A stretch of DNA of 64,000 bases from Mobula hypostoma (lineage: Eukaryota): contig NC_086097.1 in the NCBI RefSeq assembly GCF_963921235.1, positions 41,170,001 through 41,234,000 of the forward strand. The letters are read 5' to 3'. Below the pieces are notes generated by a model that was not told the DNA's origin, did not search any database, and saw only the letters and a list, made by a program, of their open reading frames with translations. Below, one piece after another: positions 24,880-36,439 of the stretch. The position numbers and the translations under genes are program-made. Numbering within the stretch: position 1 is the stretch's first letter; each line of letters opens with the position of its first letter.

Positions 24880-25370
24880 GTGGAATCTTTTGTGTCAGCT
24901 ATAAGTCAAAGTCAGAAACATTTGCAACAGAAGGTGTCTGCGCCATTACTTTGCCATAAAGGAGAAGCGCTGGGAACAGCCCACAAGCGTCGCCACAGAT
25001 TCCAGCACCAGTGTAACATGGCAACAACGTTCAGCAAAAGAGCTCAAGGAGCAACAACAGTAACAGCAATACAAGCCCTTTCCTCCCACCCACCCACCTT
25101 GTTTGTATGTGTGTGTGTGTGTGAGTAGATGTGTGACATATGGAGGGAGGAAAAGGCTTATTTTGCTATGGTTGATTTGTTGCTGCTGTTGCTGCCGCTT
25201 GTGTTGTTTCTGCCGAACATTGTGGGCATGCTATGTTGGTGTCAGAATGTATGACGACACTTGCAGCTGCCCTCAGTGCATCCTTGAGGCTGTGTTGGTT
25301 GTTAAGTGCAAGCGACACAGTTCACTGTATATTTCAATGTACTTGTGATAAATAAATGAATCCGAATCTC
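24880..25370. repeat. Diverged inverted pair of retroposon 3'-tail sequences around a (TG)n tract
   Basis: ~24965-25092 reverse-complements imperfectly to ~25143-25285; a related tail occurs at 50895-51040. Confidence 0.55.
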
Positions 25371-26599
25371 TTTCTTAGCAGAACCATTCTTGGGAATTGC
25401 ATACAACAATATAATACACTCAACTCTCTGGATTTTTCCTCTTCAGTTATATCCAATGTTCCATGAGCCCAGAATGATCTTGTCTACCTTCCAGTGATGT
25501 TTGCTTATTCATCTTATTAAGACTGTAAGATTTATTGTTGAATTCCATGCCATACTAGCTTCTTTGTTGCACCCAAGAGGTCACATAACCGGCCCTGGTA
25601 TGTGCTACTGACATTTATTTCATGCCATCGGTTCTGCAGGGTTGACCTTTGTAAGCAGATTATAAAAGCATATTGTTACTGGGAGATTCTGATATTACAT
25701 CGACTGAAGGAATCAATGGGTCATTTCATAAATTATTAAGTAAATTATACCTTATACTCTCCACAGCTGTTATGTACAAGTTGCATGATGCGTGTAATTT
25801 TATGTAGATTGCATTTAAATTGGGAATTCACTATCCACATCTTTACCAATTGTACTGAACACAACCTCTGAATAACCTAACTGTCATTGTGCCATTACTG
25901 CATAGAAAGTTAAAAACGTAATTGCAAGATTCTGGCAATTCGCTGAAAAAAACCCTTGGAGACAACAGAGAATTTTTAAATATCATCATTGATTCCAGAC
26001 TGATTAAGTTAATTAACTTTTCCAAAGACTGTACTATATTAACTTCTTAATTGCAGATTTCGAGTTCCATCTTTAATAATTTATAAACTGTTAAACTGAC
26101 TAAACTCTACTGGCCCGATACTCAAGAAAACAATGATAAACAAACCAAAGCACTTCTGTGGTCTATGCACTGATTACTCAAATAATGTATCATACCTTGC
26201 ATTCAATTTTTTGCTCTTTTCCATATTTTATGTACTTTTTATGCACAGTCCATGGTGTATTTTCCCAACATTGTTCAAACCACTTCACCCCACTAAAGTC
26301 TGAGACTAAGCCAACAAGCCTAGCTTCTCATAGTCAAGAGGCTCACTTCAATCAACCATTCAAGTGCACCAAAAACATCATGAGTTCCTGGTTGATTGGC
26401 ACAAAGACCAGGAGATTCCAGGCTCCATCATAGGAGTTTGGCAGTGCAATTGAGAGTGGGGTGGGAGGGCAGTAGGGGAGAAGGACCTGGTTGGAGGTTT
26501 GAAGGATTAGTATTTGGCATGGGTCTTCACTAAAGTGCTCATCTCCCAGCCATAGAAGCAGGCGAGTTGCAGCAATTGATGGAACTGCAGCAGCAGGTG

Positions 26600-26935
26600 A
26601 GAGTCATAGAGCACAGAAACAGGCTGTCTAGCTGATCTAGTCTGTGCCAAACTGTTATTCTGCCTAGTCTCATCGACCCGCATCCGGACCGTCGCCCTCC
26701 ATACCCTTTCAATCCATGTACTTATCCAAACTTCTCTTAAACGATCCAATCGAACCCACATCCACCATAGATGCTGCCTGGGCTGCTAAGTTCCTCCAGT
26801 ATTTTGTGTGTGTTGCCCACATGTGCCACTTCCACTGGCAACTCATTCACACCACCCTCTGAATGAAGAATTTTTCTCCCTCATGTTTCCCTTAGATATA
26901 TCAACTTTCCCCTTTCAACAATGTCCACTAATTCT
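26600..26935 (-). mobile_element. CR1 LINE 3' fragment with a ~50-bp Penelope pLTR insert
   Basis: Matches the antisense CR1 end at 48715-48975; 'atagatgctgcctgg...gtgtgttg' at ~26767-26815 matches 28817-28866. Confidence 0.65.
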
Positions 26936-27288
26936 AGTAGATTGGATGGCATAACCTAGAAAAGCTTGGTTGTTGTTATTTCCTTGTTCAATTGCTTCCC
27001 ACCTATGTTCGTGACACTTCTCACGCTCTCAATTTTTTCGATGATTTTAAGTTCCCTGGTCCCCACCGCATTATTTTCACCATGGATATCCAGTCCCTAT
27101 ATACTTCCATCCCCCATCAGGAAGGTCTCAAAGCTCTCCATTTCTTTTTTGGATTCTAGACCTAACCAGTTCCCCCCTACCACCACTCTGCTCTGTCTAG
27201 CGGAATTAGTCCTTACTCTTAATTAGTCCTTACTCTTAACAATTTCTCCTTTGGCTCCTCCCACTTCCTCCAAACTAAAGGTGTAGCT

Positions 27289-28440
27289 ATGGGCACCCGT
27301 ATGGGTCCTAGCTATGCCTGCCTTTTTGTTGGCTTTGTGGAACAATCCATGTTCCAAGCCTATACTGGTATCTGTCCCCCACTTTCCTTCGCTACATCGA
27401 CGACTGCATTGGCGCTGCTTCCTGCATGCTTCCTAAGCTCGTTGACTTCATTAACTTTGCCTCCAACTTTCACTCTGCCCTCAAGTTTACCTGGTCCATT
27501 TCTGACACCTCTCTCCCCTTTCTTGATCTTTCTGTCTTTATCTACTGATATCTACTATAAGCCTACGGACTCTCACAGCTACCTGGACTATTCCTCTTCT
27601 CACCCTGTCTCTTGCAAAAATGCCGTCCCCTTCTTGCAATTCTTCCATCTCCGCCGCATCTGCTCTCAGTATGAGGCTTTTCATTCCAGGATGAAGGAGA
27701 TGTCCTTTTTTAAAGAAAGGGGCTTCCCTTCCTCCACCATCAACTCTGCTCTCAAACACATCTCTCCCATTTCACTCACATCTGCTCTCACCCTGTCCTC
27801 CTGCCACCCCACTAGGAATAGAGTTCCCCTTGTCCTCACCTACCACCCCACCAGCCTCCGGGTCCAACCTATTATTCCCCGTAACGTCCGCCACCTCCAA
27901 TGGGATCTCACCACTAAGCACATCTTTCCCTACCCCACTCTGTCTGCTTTCTGCAGGGATCTCTCCCTACACGACTCCCTTGTCCATTTGTTGCCCCCAT
28001 CCCTTCCCACCTATCTCCCTCCCAGCACTTATCCTTGTAAGCAGAACAAGTGCTGCACATGCCCTTACACTTCCTCCCTCACCAACATTCAGGGCCCCAG
28101 ACAGTCCTTCCAGGTGAGGCGACACTTCACCTGTGAGTCAGCTGGGGTGATATACTGTGTCCGGTGCTCCCGATGCGGCCTTCTATATATTGGCGAGACC
28201 CGACGCAGGCTGGGAGACCGTTTTGCTGAACACCTACGCTCTGTCCGCCAGAGAAAGCAGGATCTCCCAGTGGTCTCATATTTTACTTCCATGTTCCATT
28301 CCCATTCTGACATGTCTATCCATGGCCTCCTCTACTGTCAAGATGAAGCCACACTCAGGTTGGAAGAACAACACCTTATATTCTGTCTAGGTAGCCTCCA
28401 ACCTGATAGCATGAACATTGACTTCTCTAACTTCCGCTAA
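27289..28440 (+). pseudogene. Penelope RT C-terminal part plus GIY-YIG endonuclease
   Basis: TDIYYKPTDSHSYL; GVIYCVRCSRCGLLYIGETRRRLGDRFAEH; RYIDD lies in another frame, so this 383-aa ORF includes compensating frameshifts. Confidence 0.88.
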
Positions 28441-28469
28441 TGCCCCACCTCCCCCTCGTACTCCATCTG

Positions 28470-28520
<51 letters not shown>

Positions 28521-28540
28521 TTTTCTCTCTCTCTCTCTCC
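28470..28540. repeat. Compound microsatellite (TTTA)n(TC)n in the Penelope 3' UTR
   Basis: Directly visible; about 13 TTTA units then a TC run. Confidence 0.95.
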
Positions 28541-28768
28541 TTTTTCTCCCTCTGTCCCTCTCACTATACTCCTTGCCAATCCTCTGGGCTTCCCCCCTCC
28601 CCCTTTCTTTCTCCCTGGGCCTCCTGTCCCATGATCCTCTCATATCCCTTTTGCCAATCAACTTTTCAGCTCTTGGCTCCATCCCTCCCCCTCCTGTCTT
28701 CTCCCATCATTTCGGATCTCCCCCTCCCCCTCCCACTTCCAAATCTCTTACTATCTCTTCTTTCAGTT

Positions 28769-28804
28769 AGTCCTGACGAAGGGTCTCGGCCCGAAACATT
28801 GACT
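28769..28804 (+). ncRNA. Minimal hammerhead ribozyme motif in the Penelope pLTR (CpG-decayed)
   Basis: AGUC-CUGACGA-A-GGGU(CUCG)GCCC-GAAA-CAUU-GACU; stem I AGUC/GACU and stem II intact; CAUU replaces CGUC. Confidence 0.7.
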
Positions 28805-29907
28805 GTACCTCTTCCTATAGATGCTGCCTGGCCTGCTGCGTTCACCAGCAATTTTTATGTGTGTTGCTTGAAATTCCAGCATCTGCAGATTTCCTCATGT
28901 TTGTTGTTGTTACTTACTCACTTTTAGGCTATGGTTTTTAATGTCCCAAAGGATCTAGGGCTCCTTTGACTGCAGTGAATTTCTCTTGGATTTACACTGA
29001 TTCCATCATATCAGGTTCTTCCAGAAGTGACTGGCAGCTGCTGTCATCTGAAACTTCTGCAGTCACTGCATTTCACAACAAACAATGATAGTATGAGCTA
29101 ACAATTACAGTGTTTTGATCATTGACACCTTATCAACAGTAGCAAATTACCACTTTTAGTTCATTCGGCGAATGATTGTCTTGCCATAGACAGGCAAAGT
29201 TGCCTTTGTCTGAGCAAAGGGCCTTGCATGTGTGCATGTGATTGGTAACCATGCAAAAGCAAGCATTTTGATAAATGAAGCAGAGTATCCAAGTGTGTGA
29301 CCTTGCTAAAGGTATAGGAAGTAATTAGCTTCACCACGGAAGGGCCCACCTTTAAGTGGAGCCATGACAGGAGACCCATTAAGTGAGGCTGATGGGAGTG
29401 TAAGAATGTCAGAGTTGGCCCCATGCATCAGAAGATCTGTAAGAGCAAATGTCATTTCTGGACGCAGCTGATTACAATTCTAACAGATCGGTTAAAATCA
29501 AAAAGCACAACACAGGGACTTTCGGAAAGGGCCAAGCAGAAAATGCAATTTTTCAGCATTGTTGAAAATAAATCATAAACAAACTTGTGAGATCAGGCAA
29601 GAAATTGAAGATCAGCAGGGCTTGCGCAGTCCTGATCACCTCGACGTGCACACAAGAGCCTGGTGATGTATTTTTTTCAAAGTGAATTAATATTTAAGAG
29701 TTTGTATCAGAACGTTACACTGTGACAGGAGTGTCTCCGAAAACAGCAAACCATGAACTTTCTTTGAGATATTTTTGAATAAAATGGAAGGTCTGAAGTG
29801 CTTACTTTTTAACGACGTAGTTAGGAATGATGTTAAGTTTGTTTGTTGGCTTGCTGTTAATCTTTCATTTCCTCTGGTTATTTTCCCATCTTATCTGATA
29901 TAAAGTA

Positions 29908-30470
29908 CAGTCAGTGGCCACTTTATTAGGTATACCTGCTGGTTAATGCAAACATCTGATCAGCCAAGTGTGACAGCTAATCAATGTATAAAAGCCTGCA
30001 GTCATGTTCATGAGGTTCAGTTGTTGTTCAGACCAAACATTAGAATGGGGAAGAAATGTCATATAAGTGACCTTGACTATGGAATGATTGTTGGTGCCAG
30101 ATGGGGTGGTTTCAGTATCTCAGAAACTGCTCATCTCCTAAAATTTTCACTCAGAACAGTCTCTGCTGTTTACAGAAAATAGTGTGAACAACAAAAACAT
30201 CCAGTGAGTGGCAGTACTGTGGGGCAAAAATGCTTTGTGCATGGGAGAGTTGGAATGGAGGAGAATACCCAGACTGGTTCAAGCTGACAGGAAGGCAACT
30301 ATAACTCAAATAACCACACCTTGCCACAGTAGTGTGCAGAAGACCATCACTGAATGCACAACATGTCAAACTTTGAAGTGAATGGGCTACAGTGGCAGAA
30401 AACCATGAACATGCACTCAGAGACCACTTTATTAAGTACAGGAGATATTTAGTAAAGTAGCTACTTAGTG
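29908..30470 (+). mobile_element. Tc1/mariner deletion derivative
   Basis: TA-preceded TIR CAGTCAGTGGCCACTTTATTAGG; Tc1 transposase N-terminus (MGKK...GMIVGAR..GFSISETA; LVQADRKAT); degenerate inverted TIR ending at 30470. Confidence 0.85.
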
Positions 30471-32062
30471 CATTTTTGAACATTGGAAGTCCATGGTGAA
30501 TCTAGAAATGTTAAAGATGCACATTAAACGAATCAACATTTCACAGAAGTTCTCTTGATATGATTGCTTCTAAAACTTGTAGCCATTTTATTTGGAATCC
30601 TACTAATATTAGGACAGCAGCCATTCATGTCATGAATCTGGAAGAAAACAGGTAACCATAATTGTTCTTTGATGCAGATTTTTTAAAAAAAAGTAGAATC
30701 AATAATCCTTCAAATTGGAATTGGACAAAAAAGATTGAAGAGGAAATCACGCAGGACAGTAGGACAGTGAAGATAATTGGAGAGTTTTGTCAGCCAAATC
30801 AGTCCTCAGGGACTGACTGGCCTCCTGTGCATCATTCTATTTTGGATTCAGTTCGATTGGAGGATAAAAATCACATGGAGTCACATGTCAGCAAAGTGTA
30901 ATCAGGTTGGGGTGTGGTCTTCTTCACTGATCCCTTATCTCCTCACCTTCCTTACCCTTAAGCTTCATAGGAATCCTGCCGGGTTATTGTCTAAATCAAG
31001 AAACCAGTTGAAATTATGCCTAAAGTATTCTCAACATGAAAAAAATGCCTTAGATGTACTAGAGTGGATTATTTTAGTCTGGAGAATGTGATGTGGAGAG
31101 TCAAAATATAATGACTAATCCACGTAAATTTTGCAAGACTGCACTTAGAACAGTGCAGACTTTTGGAGTTCAAAGACTCTGAGGTGATGGTGTAGATTTA
31201 CTCACATGGAAAACTGTCAGTTTTGGGTGAAACAAAAGTATTTTTGAAGGTAGTGATTTGAACTTATAATATCTCACTGAAGGAAAATGCACATTTATCT
31301 CTGTTCAAGGGATCAGAATTGAGGGGGAAAAGCAGAAAGTTAAATGCAAAAGATACTGGATAAAGATTGTTATGGATGTGTGTTTTGTCAGTGCACTGTG
31401 ATCCGGAGGATCATTGTTTCATTTAGTTGTATGTATATACAGTCAGATGACAATAAACTTGAACTTGAAAGCTATCATCAGAGATTTGCTAGAGGCAGAA
31501 AGAAATGCAATGATAAACCAAGACTGATCTAGAAGATAAATACATGTAATTATAGGGAGCACACCTACAATTATTGCACAGCAACAACAAGCCGCCAGTC
31601 ATTTGTTAGGAATTTACTAGTCGTGGGCAGTCCTCTGTAAAACCTTTTTTTTTGTGTGTATGTGCATTTATCTTTAAGATAATCCAGTTTAATTTCCCCA
31701 AGTTCATGAATATTATAGAATGCTTGATTTAGTTACTCGCCAGATATGGGCGTTACTGGCAAGTCCAGCAGTTAATGTTCTTCCTTAATTGTCTTTGAGT
31801 CAATTATTTTGGAATGCAGTAAAAAGCTGCTTATTGTTATGGCTCAGGAACCATAAAGAATCTCATTAAGTTAGGATGCAACATTTCAAGTTCAAAGGGC
31901 ATTTATTATCGAAGTATGTATACTGTAAACAACCTTGAAATGTGTTTTCTTGCCTGATGAACACATCTTCCCTGATGAATATGAGTGAATCAGGTATGAC
32001 TACCTTAAGGTTTACTATTCACCATTACAGATACCAGCTTCTCATTCCAAATTAACTACACT

Positions 32063-33335
32063 GGGCACTACAGTAGTGTAGCTGTTAGTGCAATACAATA
32101 CAGCTTAGGGCATCAAAGTTTGGAATTTATTTCTGGTGCCATAAGACCATAAGGCACAGGAGCAGAATTAGGCCATTCAGCCCATTGAGTCTGCTCTGCC
32201 ATTTCATCATGGCTGATGCCAGATCCCATTCAACCCCATACACCTGCCCTCTCACCTTGATGCCCTGACCAGTCAGGAATCTATCAACTTCTGCTTTAAA
32301 TATACACACGTACTTGGCCTCCACCGCAGTCTGTGGCAGAGCATTCCACAGATTTGGCTAAAAGATCGCCCCTCAATTTTGAGGCCCTCTAGTTCTCAAT
32401 ACCCCCGCAAGAGGAAACTTCCTCTCTACATCCACCTTATCTAGTTCTTTCAACATTCGATACATTTCAATGAGATCCCAATTCATTCTTCTAAATTCCA
32501 GTGAGTACAGGCCCAAAGCTGCCAAACGCCCCTTATATGTTAACCCCTTCATTCCCAGAATCATTCTCATAGACCTTCTCTGGACTCTCTCCAATGACAA
32601 CACATCCTTTTTGAGATAAGGGGCCCAAAGCTATTGACAATACTCCAAGTGCAGCCTGACTAGTGACTTATAAAGTTTCAGCATTATTTCACTGTTTTTA
32701 TATTCCATTCCTCTTGAAATCCCATTATTACATTTGCCTTCTTTACTACAGACTCAACCTGTGAATTAACTTTCTGGGAGTCTTGCACAAGGACTCCTAA
32801 GACCCTCTACAACTCTGATATTTGAACTTTCTCCCCGTTTAAATAATAGTATTCACTTTTGTTCCTTTTACCAAAAATGCATTATTATACATTTTCTAGC
32901 ACTGTATTCCATCTCCCACTTCTTTTCCCAATCTTCCAATTTGTACTGCTGCAATTGCATTGCTTCCTCAGCACTACCTACCCCTCCTATCTTTGTATCA
33001 TCTGTAAACTTTGCCACAAAGCCTTCAATTGCACTATCTAAATCATTGGCAAACAATGTGAAAAGCTGTGGTCTCAGTATTGGCCCTGAGGAACACCATT
33101 AGTCACTGGCAGACAACCAGAAAAGGCCCATCTGTAAAGGGCTTGTAGGTTCTCCCCATGACCATATGGGCTTCCACCAGATGCTCCAGTTTCCTCCTAT
33201 AATCCAAAGACAAACGGGTTAGTAGATTAATTGGTCATTGCAAATGATTTGACTAGTGTTAAATAGGTGGGTTGTTGGACGGCATGGTTCATTGGACTGG
33301 AAGGGCCTGTTCTGCCTTGCATCCTCAAGTAAATT
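32063..33335 (+). mobile_element. V-domain-type SINE interrupted by a CR1 insertion
   Basis: Head at 32063-32140; core resumes at 33131 (tctgtaaag...gttctccccatgacc...ccagtttcctcc) and continues to the tail. Confidence 0.7.
32139..33130 (-). mobile_element. CR1 LINE 3' portion
   Basis: AKFTDDTKIGG, LERVQRR, LGLYSLEFRR; (CTTATGGT)-type tail; CCAT at both junctions. Confidence 0.9.
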
Positions 33336-33649
33336 AAGAAATACTTTTAAATTCCCCAGATGTCATTATGAGACTTGAACTCATCTCAGAATCAGTAATC
33401 CTCTCAGTAATCTTCCAATAACTTCCAGTGGGCCCCCTTGGCCACACCCTGATCTCGGCAAAGTCTTGGAAAAAGAGAAGAGTCTTCAGACTGCATTCTG
33501 TGGAGCAGCCATGGCTGTCACTTCCACACGGCCAACTCTTCATTTCACTACTGGATGCTGTTGCAGTGATTAGTGATGTCTGCGTGCACATCAACCTGCC
33601 TTTCCTAGGATGCAATAGGACTCACATCACCTTTCAATCCGCTCCTCCA

Positions 33650-33972
33650 AGAGTCCCACAACCTTGTCATAGGGTTGGATGCTTGTGTGCCTCTGTGACT
33701 CGGAGAACTATGTTGGCTGGAGTCAGAGCTTTGTCCTGTGGCTCGTGGTAGGGCCACCCATGCCAGACAGGTCAAAGGATAGAGACCAGGCTAAGAGTGG
33801 TTTGTCAGTCCTCTAGGTTCAGGGGTTCAGCTCATGGCTAACAACCCTGACTAGTCAAAAAAATTGTTGTGGAACCATCAATGAAAAGCCCTTCTTTTTC
33901 TGTGTGCACAGAACAGAGAGAGATGGAGGACCTTCATTGCTGCATTAAAGGTCGATGGTGTAGTGGGTAGGA
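33650..33972 (+). mobile_element. Short non-autonomous RTE-derived element (5' UTR-like part joined to a 3'-end-like part)
   Basis: 'accttgtcat...agggccacccatgccagacaggtca...agagtgg' resembles RTE/BovB-type 5' UTRs; the end 'agatggaggaccttcattgctgc' reads RWRTFIAA, like an RTE C-terminus. Confidence 0.55.
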
Positions 33973-34237
33973 ATCAATTCCATCCATTAGGATATCTGGT
34001 ATCTGTACCTCTGTGGATGCCTGAATGCCATCTGCCTAATAAAATGTGAGGTCTCAGACACTTGCACACTGCAACAAGGTACTGCATTCACCTCTCAAGT
34101 GGAATACAGACAAGATGCAGATGTAAAGTATTGTTGTTTCAACAAGATATAAATGAATACAGGGATTACAATTTAGAAATACTTCCTTAACAATCAAATG
34201 CTTTGGGCAATTATGAACATAGGATGGAAGGCAAAGT

Positions 34238-34687
34238 CGTCGTCGTGGCTATCCCTCGAGGTCGAGGATGATGATCTTCATTCTGTTGATCTACTTGTGA
34301 GCTCCCAAGTGGCTTATGAGTCCAATCTTGGCTTTGAAAATTGTTCCGCATTCCGGATAGGTAGTTCCGGATGGCAGATCAGGCTTTGGTTGTTGTTGCC
34401 TCTCTTTCCATTTTCTTCTCTTTTCTTCTAATTCTGCACATCTGTTGGCTTCGAAAGTTGCTGTTCCTTCTCGAATGATGGCTCGCCAGAGTTTCCTGTC
34501 CTTGGCATTGGTTTCCCAATTGTTGATGTTGAAGTTACATTTCTTCATGTTGGCTTTTAAGACGTCTTTGAATCTCTTCTGTTGTCCACCTCTTTTACGT
34601 TTGCTTCTTTAAGCTGGGAGTAGAAGATTTGTTTCGACAGACGTTCGTCTTTCATCTGAGTAACTTTCATCCAAACGTCTTTCATCC
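34238..34687 (-). mobile_element. 5'-truncated RTE-clade LINE (family with a C-terminal zinc finger)
   Basis: RKRGGQQKRFKD, DRKLWR, YPECG...LISHLGAH; (GAC)n tail; 11-bp TSD GAAGGCAAAGT (34227-34237, 34688-34698). Confidence 0.9.
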
Positions 34688-34814
34688 GAAGGCAAAGTAG
34701 TTCATCTTTCTATCACCTGCCTGGGCACAGGGAAGCTTTCACTGGTGCAAGAGTAAAGAACGAGGAGAAACAATTTCTGTTGAGGTAAGTAGAAGTATCT
34801 TCTTTCAGAGGGTA

Positions 34815-35135
34815 AGTTGATTTATTATTGTCACAAGTACTGAGATACAGTGAAAAACTTAGTTTTGCAATCATTCATACAGGTAATTTTATCATATTAG
34901 TACATTAAGGAAGTACGAGGAAAAAGCAATGCAGGATATAAGGTTACAGTTACAGAGAATGTGCAGTGCAGGCAGATAATAAGGTGCATGAGGATGTAGA
35001 TTGTGAGGTCAAGAGTCCATCTTTTCATACTAGGGTGTCATTCAATAGTGTTATAATAATGGTATAAAAGATCCCTAGTCTGGTGATACGTGCTGTCAGA
35101 CTTTTGTATCTTCTGTTCAATGAGAGAGCAGAGAA
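34815..35135 (-). mobile_element. Rex1-type 3' tail fragment
   Basis: Minus strand RRYKSL-AR-TRL, followed by a UTR with AATAAA. Confidence 0.55.
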
Positions 35136-35424
35136 GAAAGAATATCTGGGGAGGGGGTGTGTGGTGGGGTGGTTGTTGTTTACATTGAGTGGAAAATTCT
35201 GGTAGAGTAGAAAATGCCAGTATTCTCTCTGCACCCCGCCTCCTGAGAAGTGTGGAGACCAGATTATTACATTTACTTAAGGTGGAGATAGATAAATATT
35301 TGGAAAATTAGGGTTAAGGGGAACCAAACAGATATGGAGTTGAGGTCAGCATGGATCAGCCATGATGACATTAAATGGTGGGGCACTCCTGAGGGGGCCG
35401 GTGGCCTATTGCTACTCTTAACTT

Positions 35425-35800
35425 CAAAGATTTAAAGATTCATTTATTATCAAAGTATGCAACTCTGAAATTCTTCAAATCTCCAGGTAGCCATGAAACC
35501 AAGAAAGAAAAGAAAGTCAGCACAATCATCAACCCCCCAAATCCCCCCTCCCACACAAAAAACAAGCAAAACGAATCAGGCACGTTGACACCAAAATCCC
35601 CCTCCCCACACAAAAAATGCGAGCAAAATGAACTAGGTACAAGGACCACTAAATCCCCCACCCCACACAAAAACTGAAAAAAAATATCAAGCACATCAAC
35701 CCTCAAATCCCCCTTCCCGCCCATATTTAAAAATCTTGAGAAGATGGGGAGAAGGGGAACTCAGAATATAAAAAACTATTGGACTGAAAAAGCAAGCCAA
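35425..35800 (-). repeat. Retroposon remnant containing four ~55-bp tandem subrepeats
   Basis: AAATCCCCC(T/A)CCC-ACACAAAAA recurs at ~35539, 35595, 35651 and 35706; minus-strand AATAAA plus ATCTTT tail at 35425-35450. Confidence 0.6.
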
Positions 35801-36439
35801 TAGAGTTTCTTGTGTTCCTGTATTCTATTCTGTCACAATGAAAATTATGGAAATTACCCTTTTAGTCCCGACGAAGCGTCTCAGCCTGACTGTTTATTCC
35901 CTTCCATATCTGCTGCCCGACCTGCTGAATTTCTCCAGTATTTTTTGTATTGCTTTAGATTTCCACTGATGATTACATAGTCACCATCTGTGAAGTGGAG
36001 AGATGAGTACTGGATAACATATTGAGTTAGCCCATTATCTGTTCCCTTCAATTTGAAACCAGTCAGGCTGGTAACATTAATTCGGAAAGTGCCCTCTGCG
36101 AAGTCACACAGTCCGCTCTGTCTTGCTCTTACTGGCATGTACTTGGGTGACCGGTAATATCTGACATGTGTCAAGAGTCAGTCGTGCAATCGTGCTTTGC
36201 AGTACATTGTAGAGGCATTTCTGACAATTAGAATGACATCAGGAGGCCATGATGTTCATATTGCCCATTTATGTGTGGGTCAGACACAAAGATGTCATCA
36301 AAAAAAGGCTATAAACACGTCTGTAAGTGTATTTCATTTAATAGCGCAGAATCTATAGCCAAAGCACAGCAAAAAAAGGTGCAAATAGGAAGGAACAACT
36401 GCTGTCGGAATTGGGTTTGGAGAATATCCTTTTACAATA

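Larger units (their letters stand above)
26979..28902 (+). mobile_element. Penelope-like retroelement, 5'-truncated, with 3' pseudo-LTR
   Basis: RT motifs DIQSLYTSIP, GVAMGT-MGPSYA, frameshifted LRYIDD; GIY-YIG domain; pLTR with hammerhead motif; candidate TSD GTTGTTGTTA (26969-26978, 28903-28912). Confidence 0.92.

Noticed and set aside
28418..28927. 169-aa ORF with IYLF repeats resembling a membrane protein
   Set aside because: Translation of the (TTTA)n microsatellite and the Penelope pLTR
35500..35730. Regularly spaced repeats as a CRISPR-like array
   Set aside because: Eukaryotic context, degenerate units with related spacers, no cas genes
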